Both the position numbers and the translations under genes were made by a program. A DNA stretch of 63,976 nucleotides, filler included, from Sphacelaria rigidula (lineage: Eukaryota), in the NCBI GenBank assembly GCA_964200075.2. It is 3 parts of 3 records of this genome, joined end to end, with 100 filler letters (N's around TTAATTAATTAA, not from the genome) between each part and the next. Parts side by side here need not be neighbours in the genome. Positions count along the whole stretch, not along the records: positions 21,462 to 42,818 come from CAXNAA020000430.1; 2 more parts are not named here. The stretch is one strand, 5' to 3'. A model generated the notes under the pieces. That model made no database searches. It was given only the letters and a program-made list of their open reading frames with translations, and was not told the DNA's origin. Below, in pieces: positions 26,301 to 41,300 of the stretch (its first letter is position 1; each line of letters opens with the position of its first letter).

Positions 26301-29300
26301 CCCCGTAATGACTCGATTATAGTGTGCTACCGACGTTTTCCCTGTGCGGTTGAGCTCTCATCGATAATTTGGGATCAGCTTCTCGAAGTTACGCGACAAA
26401 ACCATGTGCAAGCGTTCCTCGGACTACCTCGGGGCGAGCTAAATTTGATTTCATGATTTTGAGTCAATCTGTACCGGCTTCTGGCGCTGGGACCTCTGAA
26501 AGTCGGTGAAGAGCGGATAAACTTTGAAACTTTCTTCAACGATTTCATTCCCCATTAGTAGCACCTATAAATACCAAACTGCAAAGTTTGAGGATAATCG
26601 GAGCTAGCTTACGACAGTTGCGCCGGAAAACGTCAACAGGCTTTCTGGGTCTTTAATGCATGTCATCAGTGGAAGTACCACGACGCCAATGACACGTTTT
26701 GGGGTATAACTCGACCCCATTCAAACTGGTTTCATATATGTTCCGTGCGTTAGATTCCCTGGCTGATGGCGGTAACTGAGGTTTGATTCGTGATGGGATT
26801 GGGTACAACTTGTGTCGGAACTGCATTTCATTTTCGAAACAATTTTAAGGCGCCTGATTGGCCGAGAAACAATAACAATTTCCATTCCAGCGTGACAGCA
26901 AACAACGAAAAAAAAGTCCAGTCACTTCACACTGTTCGCTTACTCGTGGGGTTGACTTTGATACGAAATATATATATATATATATCGAATTCGTTTTGCC
27001 CTCTGTGATCTAGTGGGGAATAAATTTTGGGCATCCACCCTGAACAAGCCTGCACCACCTGGGCGAGCCTAAAATCGGAGCTAAGCTCTCAGCAGTATCT
27101 CATCAAACCAGACAAAACTGGGCCGTGATGTGGATATCTTACTAATCGTCTAAACAAGGTAAATATGCACCTACTCGAAGACCTCAGACAATTTTTTCTC
27201 GATGATGAAACGCCAAGTCGAGCAATTCCTGTACCGTACGTACATAGAGGCAACTCTAAAGTCTATATGAAAACCCGAACGATATGTACAGCGGATGATA
27301 ACTTGGTGTGGACGTTCACTGGAGCACGGGGAAACTATCGATACCCTCACCTTCACCTAATTGATCATATATCTAGAAATATGGCCCACACAAGATTCCG
27401 TACTAAGCTCTTCATCACGAGCAGAGGCACTAAATGCACCAAATCTTGATTTCTTGTCTCATTTCCGAGATTTGCGCTTGAAAAATTGGTGAGGAAAATC
27501 GCTAAGGCATAGAGATGATGAAAACCAGCTCCCTGAGATTTTTTTCTTTCAATTATTCCATGTCACACGGCGTGTCTTAGAACATTATTGTTCGATCGAA
27601 TAAGTATGGTGGGAAAGAGAAACTTTTGTCTGATGGATCGCCATTCCAACATGGATGAAGTGGATACAAATGACCGATGAGATCGAAATATTTCCTTTCC
27701 GCCGTACCTTTTCGATCGAAATATCATTCGCCAAGACACGGCCATCGGTTTTGGCCCTATCTCACTTTCTCAGCTCAATTTTCGGAGCTGTAAGTTGAAA
27801 CCAAGTAGGGAGAATCGCAAGGGCATACTGTAAAAAAAAAAAAAAATGCGGGCCTCCCCTTTTGTTGTTGGTTGGTTGACGCTCTCGTGAAAACATGGTG
27901 TGTTCTGTACTAAAAAGTCCTCAACTCACGAGAAAATAAAAATCCTCGTGTCCCAATTTTTCATCATGCCCTACATGGCGTTTTCCAACACAAAATTTCA
28001 GGCACAAGTACCAAAACTGGGCTGGTATTTGGCTTGCATAAATCTGTTCCAAATTTTGACGGGTTCGGGTTCTATATCGCCCAATCTTACCTTCTTATTA
28101 GATTTGGACTTGAACTTTCAAATTTGATGTGGAGAATCAACAGCGCATGATGGAAAAATATCTCTTGGGACGCTGAGCTCTTTCCTCCATGGATTACGGA
28201 CGTCTAACTGAAAACTGGATATTGACTTTTGCCCTTAACTGAGGAATAAAAAGCATCAACGTACCAAGAGATAACTTCAACCCTTTCGATACTGGCAATG
28301 GAGAAGTGCTGATTTCGAGATGCTGTTTTTTCAACAACATGTAGTTGACTGTTTGCAGCTTCCAAGGACCACTACTTTGCCCAAGGCGTGTTTATCAGAC
28401 CCGCGACCGCTTCCAACTGGTGATGAATCGCGTTGATACTATATCGCACCTCAATCCTCCCACGTGTGGCGAGGGGATTTCTGTGTGCTCAGTCATACTA
28501 CTTTATTTCTGTGATGGGGATTAGCACGCTTGTCATGTGTTAGGTGGGTACGACCTCCGGACTGCAGCCCAACAATACTCCGGTGGGGTGCGCCACCTAT
28601 AAAAATGTGTGTCGCAGTGCCACACGGGACTAAATCTTGAGAAAAACAGATGGCGCTGATTTTTGTCATGTGAAATTCAGAGGCCGTGGTACTGGTTTTG
28701 CTGCGTGCACAAAGTTGAACATACTTGACCCGTTGCATCCCCTCATTAGATGAAACTAATCCGATCGCACCGGGGTGACATTTCTGGTGCGAGCATGACG
28801 TACAGTATGTCGGTGGATTCTTCTGTGGTCTTCCGCCGTGAAAATGGTTGCTGTCGGTATTTTCTTTCCCCATCTTTCCTTCTCTGTCGGCGCTTTAAAT
28901 AATGAGGCGTCTGGACCGGGGACGGGAAAAGAGGGTTCCCAAAGGATTAATTTACCCTGTTGATGCTTCATACAAGATTTGAAAGTACAACTCTCAAAAC
29001 TGAGGTGAGAATGGATCTGAAACCTACACATCCGCTCCTAGGCTAGCCCAGCTGGTGCCGGACATGAGAGGTCGATAAAAACCCAACCTAAACGTTGAAA
29101 CAGGAGCAATGCGTACACATGCAAGTTTGAATAACACAATTGTAACAATCACCGGTTGGAAGCCGAACACATTGCCGTTGTCATCATCTGGTACAGCTAA
29201 ATTGAAAGGACAATGATACAATGAAGCACCCACCTTTGCTTCGCAGAAGCGAACTGAGCAAGCAAGTAGAGAACCTAGAACTATGAGTGGAAAGCTCCCT

Positions 29301-32300
29301 TGTCAAAAGGGAAACAGACAATTTTACCAGCTGAGGCCTCTAAAAAATTACCAAGTGGTCAAGGAGGTGAGGAGACTTCAACAACCAGGAGGTTTGCTTA
29401 GGAGCGGCAGTCCATTGAGGAGTATCAAATAGCGCACTTGTCTCGTAATCCAGCGCCAAAAATGGACGGGACTAAGTAATTTGCCGGAGTTGTGAGATAG
29501 TATCACTAGTTTTACATTTCTATCATGCAACGCATCATTTCAAACGGTGAATAAAATTATTTCAACTTACTTCAGTATTTCCATGTAGTTACACAGTCAA
29601 TACATCTAGAGAATTATAGTAGATCTAAGAAAGTACAAGAAGTTTATTTTATCGGTAGGGGAGCAATCTGTCACCGAGTGGAGCGTTAGGTGAGCAGGCG
29701 TGGACGAAACAGGTATGCATCATTTTCCGAGTTTTGGTTCACAATTTACTCTCACCGATGAAGTTATCCTTGATGCGAAGACAAACCCTGTGAAAATAAT
29801 TTTCTCGATGGAATTTTCCAACTTGAACACAATTTTATCAAGAATTGAAGTACATGATTATTCTACTGTGAAAGAACATATTCGGAGATTTTGATCATCA
29901 AATCAAACTGGGGTTGTAGAAGCGTACACACGCTACATCAAGATCAATGATAAAATAGTCGCAACCGCACAAAGCATTTGATTCTTTGACTGCGAACGGT
30001 GGTCCATTTGTGAATGAGCACCACTTCTGCTCCAAGAAGGAATGAAAATGTTGCCGATTCACAAGTAGATTGCCGGTCGCAGTGAAAGAGACTAACAGGC
30101 TCCTGTAACAAACGAAATGATACAAAAATGGAATAAGCATCTTTTTTTAGACATCACTAGATCGAACGATGTAAAAAAATATGATACGAGCTAGTTGACG
30201 CTCATCAGTAAGATTCCACTCATCCGCAAATGTTTACACCGATTCTTGCAGACTCCGAGGATTTGCTCACATGTAATGTACTGTGGAGCATCACGAAACT
30301 TCCAATTGATGGGATTTTTCATTCTTTGTCAGATGATGGGGGTCCCAGGGTTTGTTTGTTTGTTTTTGGGGGGGGGTCTAATTCTTTTCTTTGGGGTGCG
30401 GGGAGCGGTTGGGAAGATCACGTGCCCTTCTGGCACCCCCGATTACTGGCGAAACAATCACAGGGAGACCCCGTTCATGGAATGTTTCGTAATGTTTTAT
30501 AGTATGTGTGCAACGTTTCAGAGTCTTTTTTGTGGGATAAAGCGAGCTTGAAAGGTACTAACTTCGAACTACTTCATAATAATAGTGAAATGTATTTCGA
30601 GGTGGAACGGTCACTCGCTTCATTTTTCTATGCTAGTCAGCACGACGCCATATATGCGGCTATTGCGTAGGTATTACCAGAAGGCATCCGACGATTAGTG
30701 AACTTGGGGTGATGAGCGTGGATCAGCTCGTGGATGCAATTACACTAAAAATTGCAGTATTCACCATTCTAGAAAATGCCACGCTTAAATTTGCACTCCA
30801 CTGTATTCCATATTTGTTTCTCAAGTGCGTCAGTAAACTCATAAACTGAGACTATTCCAATAATTTTTTCCTTGTTTTCCTTCTAAAAAACAATCTTTTT
30901 CCAACACAACTTGTAGAGTTTTCCAAGAAAAGCTACTAATTATTTTTTCCCCTGTTGACACCATGGACAAGTGTACCGTACAGGACACACTAGCCCATCC
31001 TGACAAGATTTTACTAAAATGAGTTGTTTACCCTGCTCGTGAACGAACGATCGATCATCGGCCCAGCACTATACGGGTGGTATATACAATATCGGGACCA
31101 TTACGGTAGTGTCGCCGAGACAGACCGGGTTACATCGATTACCGCGGAACACAAGCAATCATGTCAAAAGGCACGGGCGAAGACAGCGCACAGACCCCCG
31201 AAAATGGGTCGCCATCACGAAGGAGAACATCAATGAGCGGCAGTTCTCTCAATATCACCACGTTCCTGGTACGAAACAGGGATCATATCGCGATGTTACC
31301 GTGTGATATACCTTGCGTATCGAAGCGGAAGCGCCGCTGAAACTCTTCGTGGCAATCGCAAGCGCCTGCGACACACATATGACACTCAGGACATGTCAGG
31401 TTACCGCAGCATCTGGGCCGCGTCTTCACCTTGTTCAGGCATGCCGATGCCCTTTGCTGGCGCTGCTTCTTGTTCTTCACCCTGCACACGAAAAGGCGGA
31501 CGGACGGTGAAAGATTAATGCGTGTGATCGATCAAATCAGCGCAATCAAGAGCATCGCTCTCGTCGTTTCTCGTGCTTTGGGCGCCCGTCATCGAAATCA
31601 ACACCTCTGTCATGATCATTCCCACCACCATCACCATCTCCATCATCCTTACACCACTGGTGACGATACTCGTGTGGTTTTATATAAGTCGCAAAATTTA
31701 CAACGCAAACCTTCCTGGGCAATGATCTCGCATGTGCAACGTTGAGCATCGGATCATAACAAACACGTTCACCACTCCGCAGTCCGTAAGAAATCGTTGC
31801 ATGAATTATTCAACGGTCTCCCTCATATCTTCAAAAAAACGGAAACCATCCATCCGGTCGACTCTACTTTTGGAATTCCGACGCCTTAATCCGACCGAAT
31901 TGGTTTTGATGCACCAGCTTTTATCACCGGCCTGCCGCGGCAATGGCCACAGTACGCTCAATTTGCTCGCCTCGGTGTGGTGTGCACGCCGATCTGGTGC
32001 ACTGTGAGCCCCGGCCGACAACAATTGAAAACAACACAACGCAGGCTGAATTACAGGCCAAGAAAGAAATGCAGACGGGCACTGCAAATGAAGAATGCGT
32101 GGGCTCACAACACACGACTGCTCTTCGACCAGATTGTAAGCCACAGCACGTCACCAGCATATTTGTATCCTATGCCGCGCGTACACCATCAAGAGAGGCA
32201 GCGCGGGTGCCAGATACGCTGCGTCGTGCATACATACCACAACGTCAATAAATACCGTTCACAGCGCATTGCTCCACGGTAAAATCGCCCGCTGCTCCAG

Positions 32301-35300
32301 GCACTCCACGCCATTTCAAAAACGTGTCATGCACACAAATGTTGGACTCATGCAAAGCTACTCACGGATCGCAGGGGAAGTGCCCTTCGTTGGTCAATCC
32401 CACCGATCCCTTTTCGGGTTTCGAGAACGCCAGCTTTCCCTTCGAGTAACACACCAGACACACATTCACGTCTTTGCCTTGCAGCGTCTCGCACCCGTTG
32501 CAGTGCATGTACCCGCTCCACAGTTCACCGCTGCGATACGTCACGTCAACAAACGAAAATGAAGATGTATGCACAAGATGAGGGTAAAACACCCATGCGC
32601 ATACAGACCACACGGTCATCCTGCGACCACAACCACCGAAGCAGAGGCCAACAACAGGCTCTTCAAAGGTGGCACTCTCACTTACTATGCAGTATGCTAA
32701 ACGACGAGATACGGATATAGACGGACGGACACGATCACCGAAAAATAATCGCGGATCACACTTTCCGAAGTACAGGGAGAGAGAAAGATGGCATATCATT
32801 GAAGAATCAATAGTCACACATAACCAAAGATTCTTCAACTGTAAACACGTCACACACACGAGAGCGGAACAAAATACATCCACAATTAGATACTTCCTCT
32901 GTCCCGCAAGGAAACCAGGTTACGTCTACACAGGCCCTTAACCGTGGCAGACGCATGGTTTGTTCATCATTCTGAGATCTTGGGGAGTGTTTTTCGTCGA
33001 ATTTATTCATTGATTTTCGTGAGTGAATCCACCCCTCAAGGTGGCCAAACGGCCTGGAAAGAATAGAGCGGCCCGAAAATGGCCGTTTTTTCGCCACTAC
33101 AGATGGCGCCATCACTCAAAGACTCCGCACGTACAAGAACGTGAACCTTTAAAAGTATATATATATATAAAAATATCGGGAACAGTTGCTCAGTCCGATG
33201 GTACTAATGAGAACAAGCACCCGCAAATGAGGTGTACAACTGCAGCTACTCGTACAAATAAGGACGCGGTTCAAAGACGCGGCGGCGGTTACATCATTGT
33301 CCGCAAATAACCTGCAGCTAGGGGAGAGCCCTAACGCCTAACGTGACCCCTCGTGGATCAAGAAGGTTGGGGATTGCTCCATAGTACCGTGCTAATCTTG
33401 GCCTTGCAGCGCATTATTGATGGTCGGTGTTTCAATCGTGCAGGTAAACTTATCTCTCAAGAATGGCAACGGAAGCTCATGTCGCGTTTGATACGGGAGG
33501 ATCTGTGGCCTTCTGAGGTTTATGGGTGAGGTGCAGTACAGGGCACTCAGTGGGTGAAGTACAGTACAGGACACCCAATAAGCAACAGGCCAATGAGAAA
33601 GCCAGACTGAGGTTTGCTGCAAATTAAAACGGTTCAAGGCTAGCCTTCCCTGCAAGATGAGACCCGTCAACCCCCTACGGCGAAGCCCGGACCCTTAGAT
33701 CAGTCACCCTGTCACATGCTCCTGGCCGTCGCCGTGACCGAAGCATAAAACATTGCTGCTATTCGGCGAACGTTTATTTTTTCCGCTGCCCTGTCGGCGT
33801 ACGATGCGATTTTTTTGGGAAATGTGTATTTTTGCCGTTTCAGAATTCTCAACTTCTTACGGCAAAAAATGAGGTGGTTTCACCCCAGTCGGCCTCCCGA
33901 ATTACCCATGGTTGACATGTCTGAAAAAACGCTAACCTTCACCCAACCCCCAACCCAACGCACACCAAGAACTCTCGAGCAAGGGTGCCGTAGGCAAAAT
34001 ATGCGTTGGCAAACCTCAAATTAGCGCCAGCGGCGTCGCCGATTTGGACAAAAATGCGTTCTGTACACACGAAGAGGACTCGCGACGATCAGCCCCACGA
34101 AAGATCCGAATATTGGTGTTTACACTCAAATCAAGTGGTATCAACCATGGATCATTTGGAGGCGAACCGGGGTAGACTCATCGAAAGATATTTTTTCGAA
34201 GGAAACTCTGGTAACGCTCGGTCACTTCAGAGAAGGCACAGTGGGTGTGCAGGACTTGACGTAGAAGAGTCAATTATAGAAGGCGAAAAACGTACGCATG
34301 CACCCCCATTGACGTCGTGCAGCCAACACAGGCCTTTTCACGCTCATCACCGACATACATCCACACAACAACTCGCGCCGGTTTCTGGAGTAAGACTCTG
34401 AAACTTGCATGTACCTTGGGTCACGAAAGAACTTTCAACGAACGGGGATTTTCTCTTGTCTTATATTGTGCCGAATGTCGAGGGTCTCAGAGCCGTAGCG
34501 TATTTTCGGGGATAACATGCCCTTTAAGGACCCCCGATAACCGGTCAAATAACATAATTCGAATAAAAAAAACGTCCATTTAAATTTCGACGTGACTCGT
34601 ATTTAATAAGATGTGTGCCGGGTCCAAGTCCTACGCCAAAACCCGGCATGAGGTTTTGCGCAGGAGTGCACAGAGGTGTTCTGTGGCCTCACAAACTCCC
34701 AACAAGTTGATTTTAGTAACGCCTTTTTCGGGTATATTTGACGTGAAGACGAGAAAAACCGCACCAACTTTTCGAGCGACGCAACAAAACGTTGTACAAA
34801 TGTTCCTTGACCGACCCCGGGACGCCTACATTCCCCTTGTTTTTTCTCCTCTGCGGCATTCTGTACCGACTTCAGCACGTTTGCACATGGGGACCCCCGG
34901 AAGCCGCTTGAGAGCGAAGGAAGAAAATTTTCAACAGTACACTTTGCCATTCGGAGGACTAGTACCTACCAAACTCTTGCCAAGTGTGAGGGCGGTCGGA
35001 GCTTGTCCACGACAGATATAAGGGAAACTGTCAGGAGGCTCTATGGGTCTGAGGTTCACATCAGTGGAAATTCGACGACGCCGAAACCCCACATCACCCA
35101 AATGCCGCGGTTTGGGGGTATATTTCGATCTCATAGAGACTATTCTCGAATCGTTTTTCTCCGTTCGATTCCCCAGTTGATGGCGGTTACTACGATATGG
35201 AGCATGAGAAGATTGGCTGAAAATTCGGCTAAAAATTTATGATACAAATTTCATGACAATTTGGAGGGCACTGATTGGTCAAGACATATTTTCGCCCTTA

Positions 35301-38300
35301 GCGCCACCGCTTTAGTCGTAAACAATAGTCCGACTATGTCACGTTGTTCATTTTTCGATGGCCCTTGCACGATAAGATGTATGCGACTATTTGGTAGGTA
35401 TCGTGGAAGGCACGAATCGATCGCCTCGGTGGCTCAGTTGGTAGCTTCGAGATCTTCTGACAGTTGGGACGTGGGTTCGAATCTCGGAGCGATCTGGGAT
35501 TTTCTCTCACGCAATACCCAACAGTGGAGAGCGACTATACCGTGGGAACATAAAAGTCGACTTCACGGTTGACGAGGGAAAGAGACTGCTGAACCTCTCT
35601 CGCAGACGTAAATTGGAGGACTAGAGCAAATAGTGAGAAAAAAAAAAACGTGTTGACCTCCCCCCTGTGTGACCCCGGCTGGTGCGCCTACATACACCGA
35701 ACGGTGTATACCGGCGTCCAGAATACATGGGGAGACAGCAACGACAAACAACATTTGCTGCTTGGTAGATATTGGGTAATAAGCGTGAACCAGCCTGAGG
35801 CGCACTTATGCCCTTGACCGCGAGGGTAGGTCATCTGGGCCATGCACGAACTTTCCGAGTGAAATGGCTGCCTATTCAATAGATGACCTATGCTGGCGGT
35901 CAAAAGGGTTAATGAGAAAATGATGAACACATCGGCTTGATTCATGTTCGGCAAAATAAGAATGAGCCAACAGTAAGAAAGAGGCTTACCGAACGGAAAA
36001 AATAACAAACTCAGCCTGGACTTGAATATTCTCTTAAGCGGTGTCATATACTGTACTCGTGGGGTTTTCGCTGCTGTGAAAAGTAAATGCTAGTGCAACA
36101 AAATTGTACGCAAATCTCGGGAATAAGAGCGTTGTCCTGAATGAGGCACTCCATGTAGAAATAAGAACATGCACCCCGCGAATTTAGCGGCAAGTATCTG
36201 GTCGAGGAAGACCCAGGCAAAGGGGGCTCGATTTGGGGCGGCCAATAACCCGCAAGCCTCGTGCGAATAAGTGGTTCTTACGTGGTGGCGTAAATTGTAT
36301 TCCAGGGGCAGAAAAGAGTAACACGGGGGAAAGTCGCAGGGGGCTCGGCGTGCGAAGGTATCAAACTCCTGGGGTTTTCCCCACAAGTTCTCAAACACGC
36401 TCTGCCAAAAATTATGGAGAAAAAATAATAATTGAGAATAATTGAACCCAAACGGTCTTATGAACATCTACAATAAATACATCTCGTTTCTTCTGTTTCT
36501 TCTTCGAGGATATCTAACCCCAATAAAATCAACTTCAGCATCCCTAACCCCGTGCTTGAGGGGGATACGATCAGGCCCACGCAACTTAGTCTACTAACGG
36601 GACAGAGGAAGTATCGTACACAACCGATACACCAGAGTGACAGCGAAATATCAAGGACGTACCCACAGCTGGTGCACGCGAAGCCTTCTTCACCAAAAGG
36701 ATCAATTGCGCGCTCGTGAGGCGGCACCCAGGCATCCACCACGGCCGACCTATCCTTGCTGTCATACACTGCCGACAAATGAATTGACGGAGAAGAGGGA
36801 GAAGAGTGAAAAGAGTGAGAAGAGAGAGGGGGAGGGGGGGGGGGGGGGGATCTGATGTGAGCAGGTTTCGAACTGCTTAATTGATAGATTGTCGCACACA
36901 AACTGACCCCCGAGGGATACAGGCGAGGTCAAGATAGGCGTACCCAAGATGAGCATAACGAAAAACACTCGACCAAGAAAACTCGAGAGGGGGAAAGAAA
37001 AGAACAAGGTTAAATAAACTGGAGAGAGCTGAACGAAAACGGAGCAGAAGAAGATTAAGAGAAAGTGGAAAGGTACGGGAGGAAGGATGGATAACTGACC
37101 CCGATAAAGAAAGATGACGAAGAAAATGACACAAGGGAGGAAAAAAAATTGTAAGCAAGGAACGAACAATCGCTGACCCTGTAGCACGGCTCCCGGCAAA
37201 AAGGCCGTACAACAATTAAAAAAAATTGGGCACCATGTGTAAACTATAGCTCGGAAACATGAGGGAGAGGGGAGAGGACCGGGATCGACGGGCCCCGTGC
37301 TATGTCCGAGACCCGAAAGATGTAGAAGTAGAAATACAACTTAAACCGTACGCTTGAGCGATCCAAGGGATGTTTAATGCAGTCACTGCCCTCCGTTTTA
37401 AAAACGAAATGTCTCGAACTCGAACCAACAAATAATGAGCAAGGAAGCGCACACAGAGCACGTATCGCCTTTAGGCAGTATTTCCAACCCAATGAGAACG
37501 CGACTTGCGCAATAGTCAAGACAACCTTCGAGCGTTTCTTGGGCAACAACTTCAAGACGTGCTCACAACTAACCCATGACGAAGGGACACGATATCTCTG
37601 CACACACAACTTGGTCTGAACAATGGAATAGAGGAGGCGGAGGGGAGGAGGTTCGATTAACGCCCAACTATCCGTGATTCACAACACAGTCCAAGAAGTG
37701 GCAACAGAGTCTGGAAGCGCCTGCTGCCGCACCTTAGCAAGAGGTATGTAGTGAATTAACAATGCTCCTAGAGTTTCAAGAAATTAATGTTGCCACCAGT
37801 AAATGTCCACGCGTTTTTTCTTCACGTTTTCGCCGTTGGAATTCGTATATCTTCAGCGTCAGATCCTCTGTGAGGTGGCGCCCACACTTCTACATGGTCA
37901 AGCGTCAGACCATCTTCTCGGCGACGAATAAGCGTCTATATTCTCCGAAACAGTCGGCGCCCGTCAAAATCAAGTTAGCGGCACGCCGCCGATCACCCGG
38001 TTATCTCTTCGGGGTGCGCGCCGAAATGTCCCAACATCGGCGACGCGCCGATCTGCCGACGCCACCATATTCTGTGGATGCAACCATCGAACATGGAGTA
38101 TGATAATGTAGCAGAAAGTACCCACCAGCAACGACTCCGTACAGTGCATGACTTGCCCGCAAATGGTGGTGTACCCACGGCAACTATGTTCCTACCGCAG
38201 AAACTTGCCGGTCACCCCGGTGGCTCAGTTGGTAACCTCAAAACCCTCTGACGGTTGGGTCGTGGGTTTGAACCTCGGTGCAGTCACATGATTTGGGATT

Positions 38301-41300
38301 TTTCTTCCGCAACGCCCAACAGTGGAGAGCGACTACGCCGTGAGTGAAGAAAATTCGATTTCACGGTCGACGAGGGAAGGGGACTGCTGAAACCCTCTCG
38401 CGATGAAAAATAAGGAAAGAACCGAAAGAGGAAGGTGGAGTACTAAAACAAAAACAAGAAAACTTATGTGATGGCCTTCCTCCTGTGTGACTCTGCTGAT
38501 GCGCCCACGAATACCGAAAGGTGTAGACTGGCGTCTGCAATAGATGGGATGACAAAAGACGCACACAGAAACACCCATGATGACTTTGCTGAGTCAAAAT
38601 ATTATTTCCCTACTCGTACCTACATCTGGCGATACACACACCGATCCAGGGCACAGCGCTATCTCCGCGGTGAATCTTGAGCTCACGGCAAATCGTGCAC
38701 CCTGTAAGACCGATACATGAATCCTGCTGACATTGTGATTCAGGAAGACATCGAGTACATGACGGTGCAATCGCATTTCTTGGGTTCTCATTTTCTTGGT
38801 CACCTTTGTCGAACGTCACTGTCGGATGCACAGGTTGCTTCAAATTCGTGCTTCCAGCAACGAAGGGCCGTGCGTTGATAAACTCCAGCCGCGTCTTCGA
38901 TTTTGTCTTAGCCGCTCTCACCTGTGGCGTACACGGTACGAACAAAACAAATGAAGCGAACGGCAAATCAAAATAATGTGGAACACAACACTGATGCCAA
39001 ACAGCGGTGCAACAAAACTGATGGAAACATGCCCACATTTTGGAGGAGTTATGAGGCGTAATCGCGTGGATGTTGATGGAATATATGACGCGATTGAAGA
39101 ACGCTGAAAATCAGAAAGGCCGAATACACACACAAACAGAACATCGAAAACAGAGGTGGTGGTGGAGATAAAATGACGTACCGCAGAGGCTATCTCCCGC
39201 TTTTGCTTTTTAACCATCTCCTGCAGCAGAGGCGCTAGCGCCACCAGAAGCTCATGCCCCTCCACCCCTGCCACCCGCCATCTGCTCGGGGGTGGCGGTG
39301 GCGGTGGCCGCGGCCGCGGCCGAGGTCCCAGGTTCACCAAAAGGGCGGCGGCTGATGCAAAGCTCTTCATCGCTGTGGTCGCGAAACGTGAGAACGTTCG
39401 TTCGGGAGCGCCCGTGAGAGAAATTGACGCCGACGCCGATGAAGTCTCCTCCTCCCGCAATCTCTGCAACTCGGCGAACGCCGTCTGCACTTGAGATGCC
39501 AGTTCCATCACTGCTATGCGTCCCTCCTCTAGTCGCCCAGCTGCGCCGTTTTCCGACTGCGAGTTTGCCGCCGCCGGGGTGCCTCGGGCAAAACTGGACT
39601 CCGCCCTGTCACTGCTGCCGTCACCGCCGCCACCACCGCCACCATTCACGCTGTCGACGGCGGGAGCGACGTCAGCAGAAGCTCGGATTCCACCGTGATA
39701 TGACGATGACGAAGGCGATGAACCCTCGGTGGTGGCCCCGTTGATCGCAGTCCGAATCCAGCAACCGAGCCCACTGCCGTTGCCGCTGCTTTGGGCCGTC
39801 CACCCTCTTCTTCCCTCCGCCTTCCCGGCCGACGCCGAACCCTTTACGTTCCTCAACACCTCCGACGCACCAGAAGAGACACCGTCAGTCGCAAATGCAG
39901 TGGCCGGTGCACGCGCCGAACGTGCGGTAGGCTGCGCAACCGGCAGCAACACCGGCTGCGGCAACACCTGTGGCGACTCTGCATCCCTCCCCGCAACGCC
40001 AGCCGCAAAACCCACCGTGCGTGCAGTCCCATTGGTCTCGTGATTCGAGTCTGAACCGGCAACCGCGTGGCGTCCGTTGGCAAAGGCGGTAGAAGCGGCA
40101 TCGTTACTTCGCATGAACCCTGTAGATACCACCGTAGGCGCCATGCTCGTCTCCCTCTGGGTCGGTGTGGTAGAAGCGAGTGCAGCTGAAAGCCCCGGAA
40201 GGTCAGGTTGCGGCTGGGATAGCGGCGGCGGCGCGGCAGCCGTCGCCGTCGCCGGTGGTGGTGGTTGAGATGGTGGTGGTGCAGCCCGGGTAGCACGAAC
40301 TTGAGCGAGTGCCGCCCTGGCCGCCTGGAATAGTGGAACAAACCCACCACCGTGCCATGACGGCAAGATACGGACAAAGTACGAGAAACAAAAATAGTTA
40401 CATAAATGGGTGGTGGATGATTCATGTTCAAAGCGTTCCTCTGTTTGAGTGGGTTGGTACCGTACCCCATCACCCGAAAACGGTGGTTTGCACAGCTGCC
40501 GTCTAGTAGCCGAGAGTCCAGTGTTGCGGTTATACTTTCAAGCACGAAACACGTCGCTGTGGCATTGCTAATGGTGGCAAAGCCCCGGTGGATTGTTTTC
40601 AACTTCAAGATTCGAAAGTGGGCACAACACGGGCATCCCGTCGCATTCTTTCTTGACAGCAAGGAAACTGTGGGAATCACCAAGGCACCGGAGGGGGCCT
40701 CCCACAACAGGTGTGTGTGCGTGGGAGGAAGGGGTCCACCAAACTGCCGCCCGAAAACAGGGACATCTGAAAAGGGTACCTGAAATGACCTCGAAATATC
40801 CATCCATCCTCACGTGAAATACCGCTGCCTTGACGCTTTTTTTGGCGGGAATTCACATACGAGAGTGTTTGGTTGTACATTATACCACACCATTCCCTTG
40901 TTTCGGGCCACGTACACTCTCTCTCTCGATCCAGCGTGTGATGGCCCCGGAGAAAAAAGCATGACAAAAATTGATCCTTGTACGATAAAATCACCACTTG
41001 CAGACGTATGCGTGTGGTCACTATGAAAGTTACCCCCCCCCACACACACACTCCTGCTCTCTTCATTCCCATCACCCTCAACACTCATCGCCATACCTGA
41101 ATCAGACAGGTCTTCGTGGGAGCCAGGCCCATCGCACCCATTGCGTGATTGTCCTTGGTACACTCAAGAGCGTATGCCATCTCCCGCCGACACCCTGCCT
41201 CCGTCACTCCCATGAAAATCCAGTCCCAGGCGACTGACACGCAGATCGACGCAGGATCTTCCTGCAAGATTATTTTGGCGACGTACACGTGTACAATAGT

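Noticed and set aside
35418-35495. tRNA gene (also at 38208, 53835, 57010, 8456)
   Set aside because: A and B boxes are present, but there is no consistent cloverleaf or anticodon, and each continues into a shared repeat body. These are SINE heads.
39853-40803. 316-aa minus-strand ORF
   Set aside because: It is intron sequence plus an alternative frame of JmjC exon 40324-39182, with no recognisable domain.
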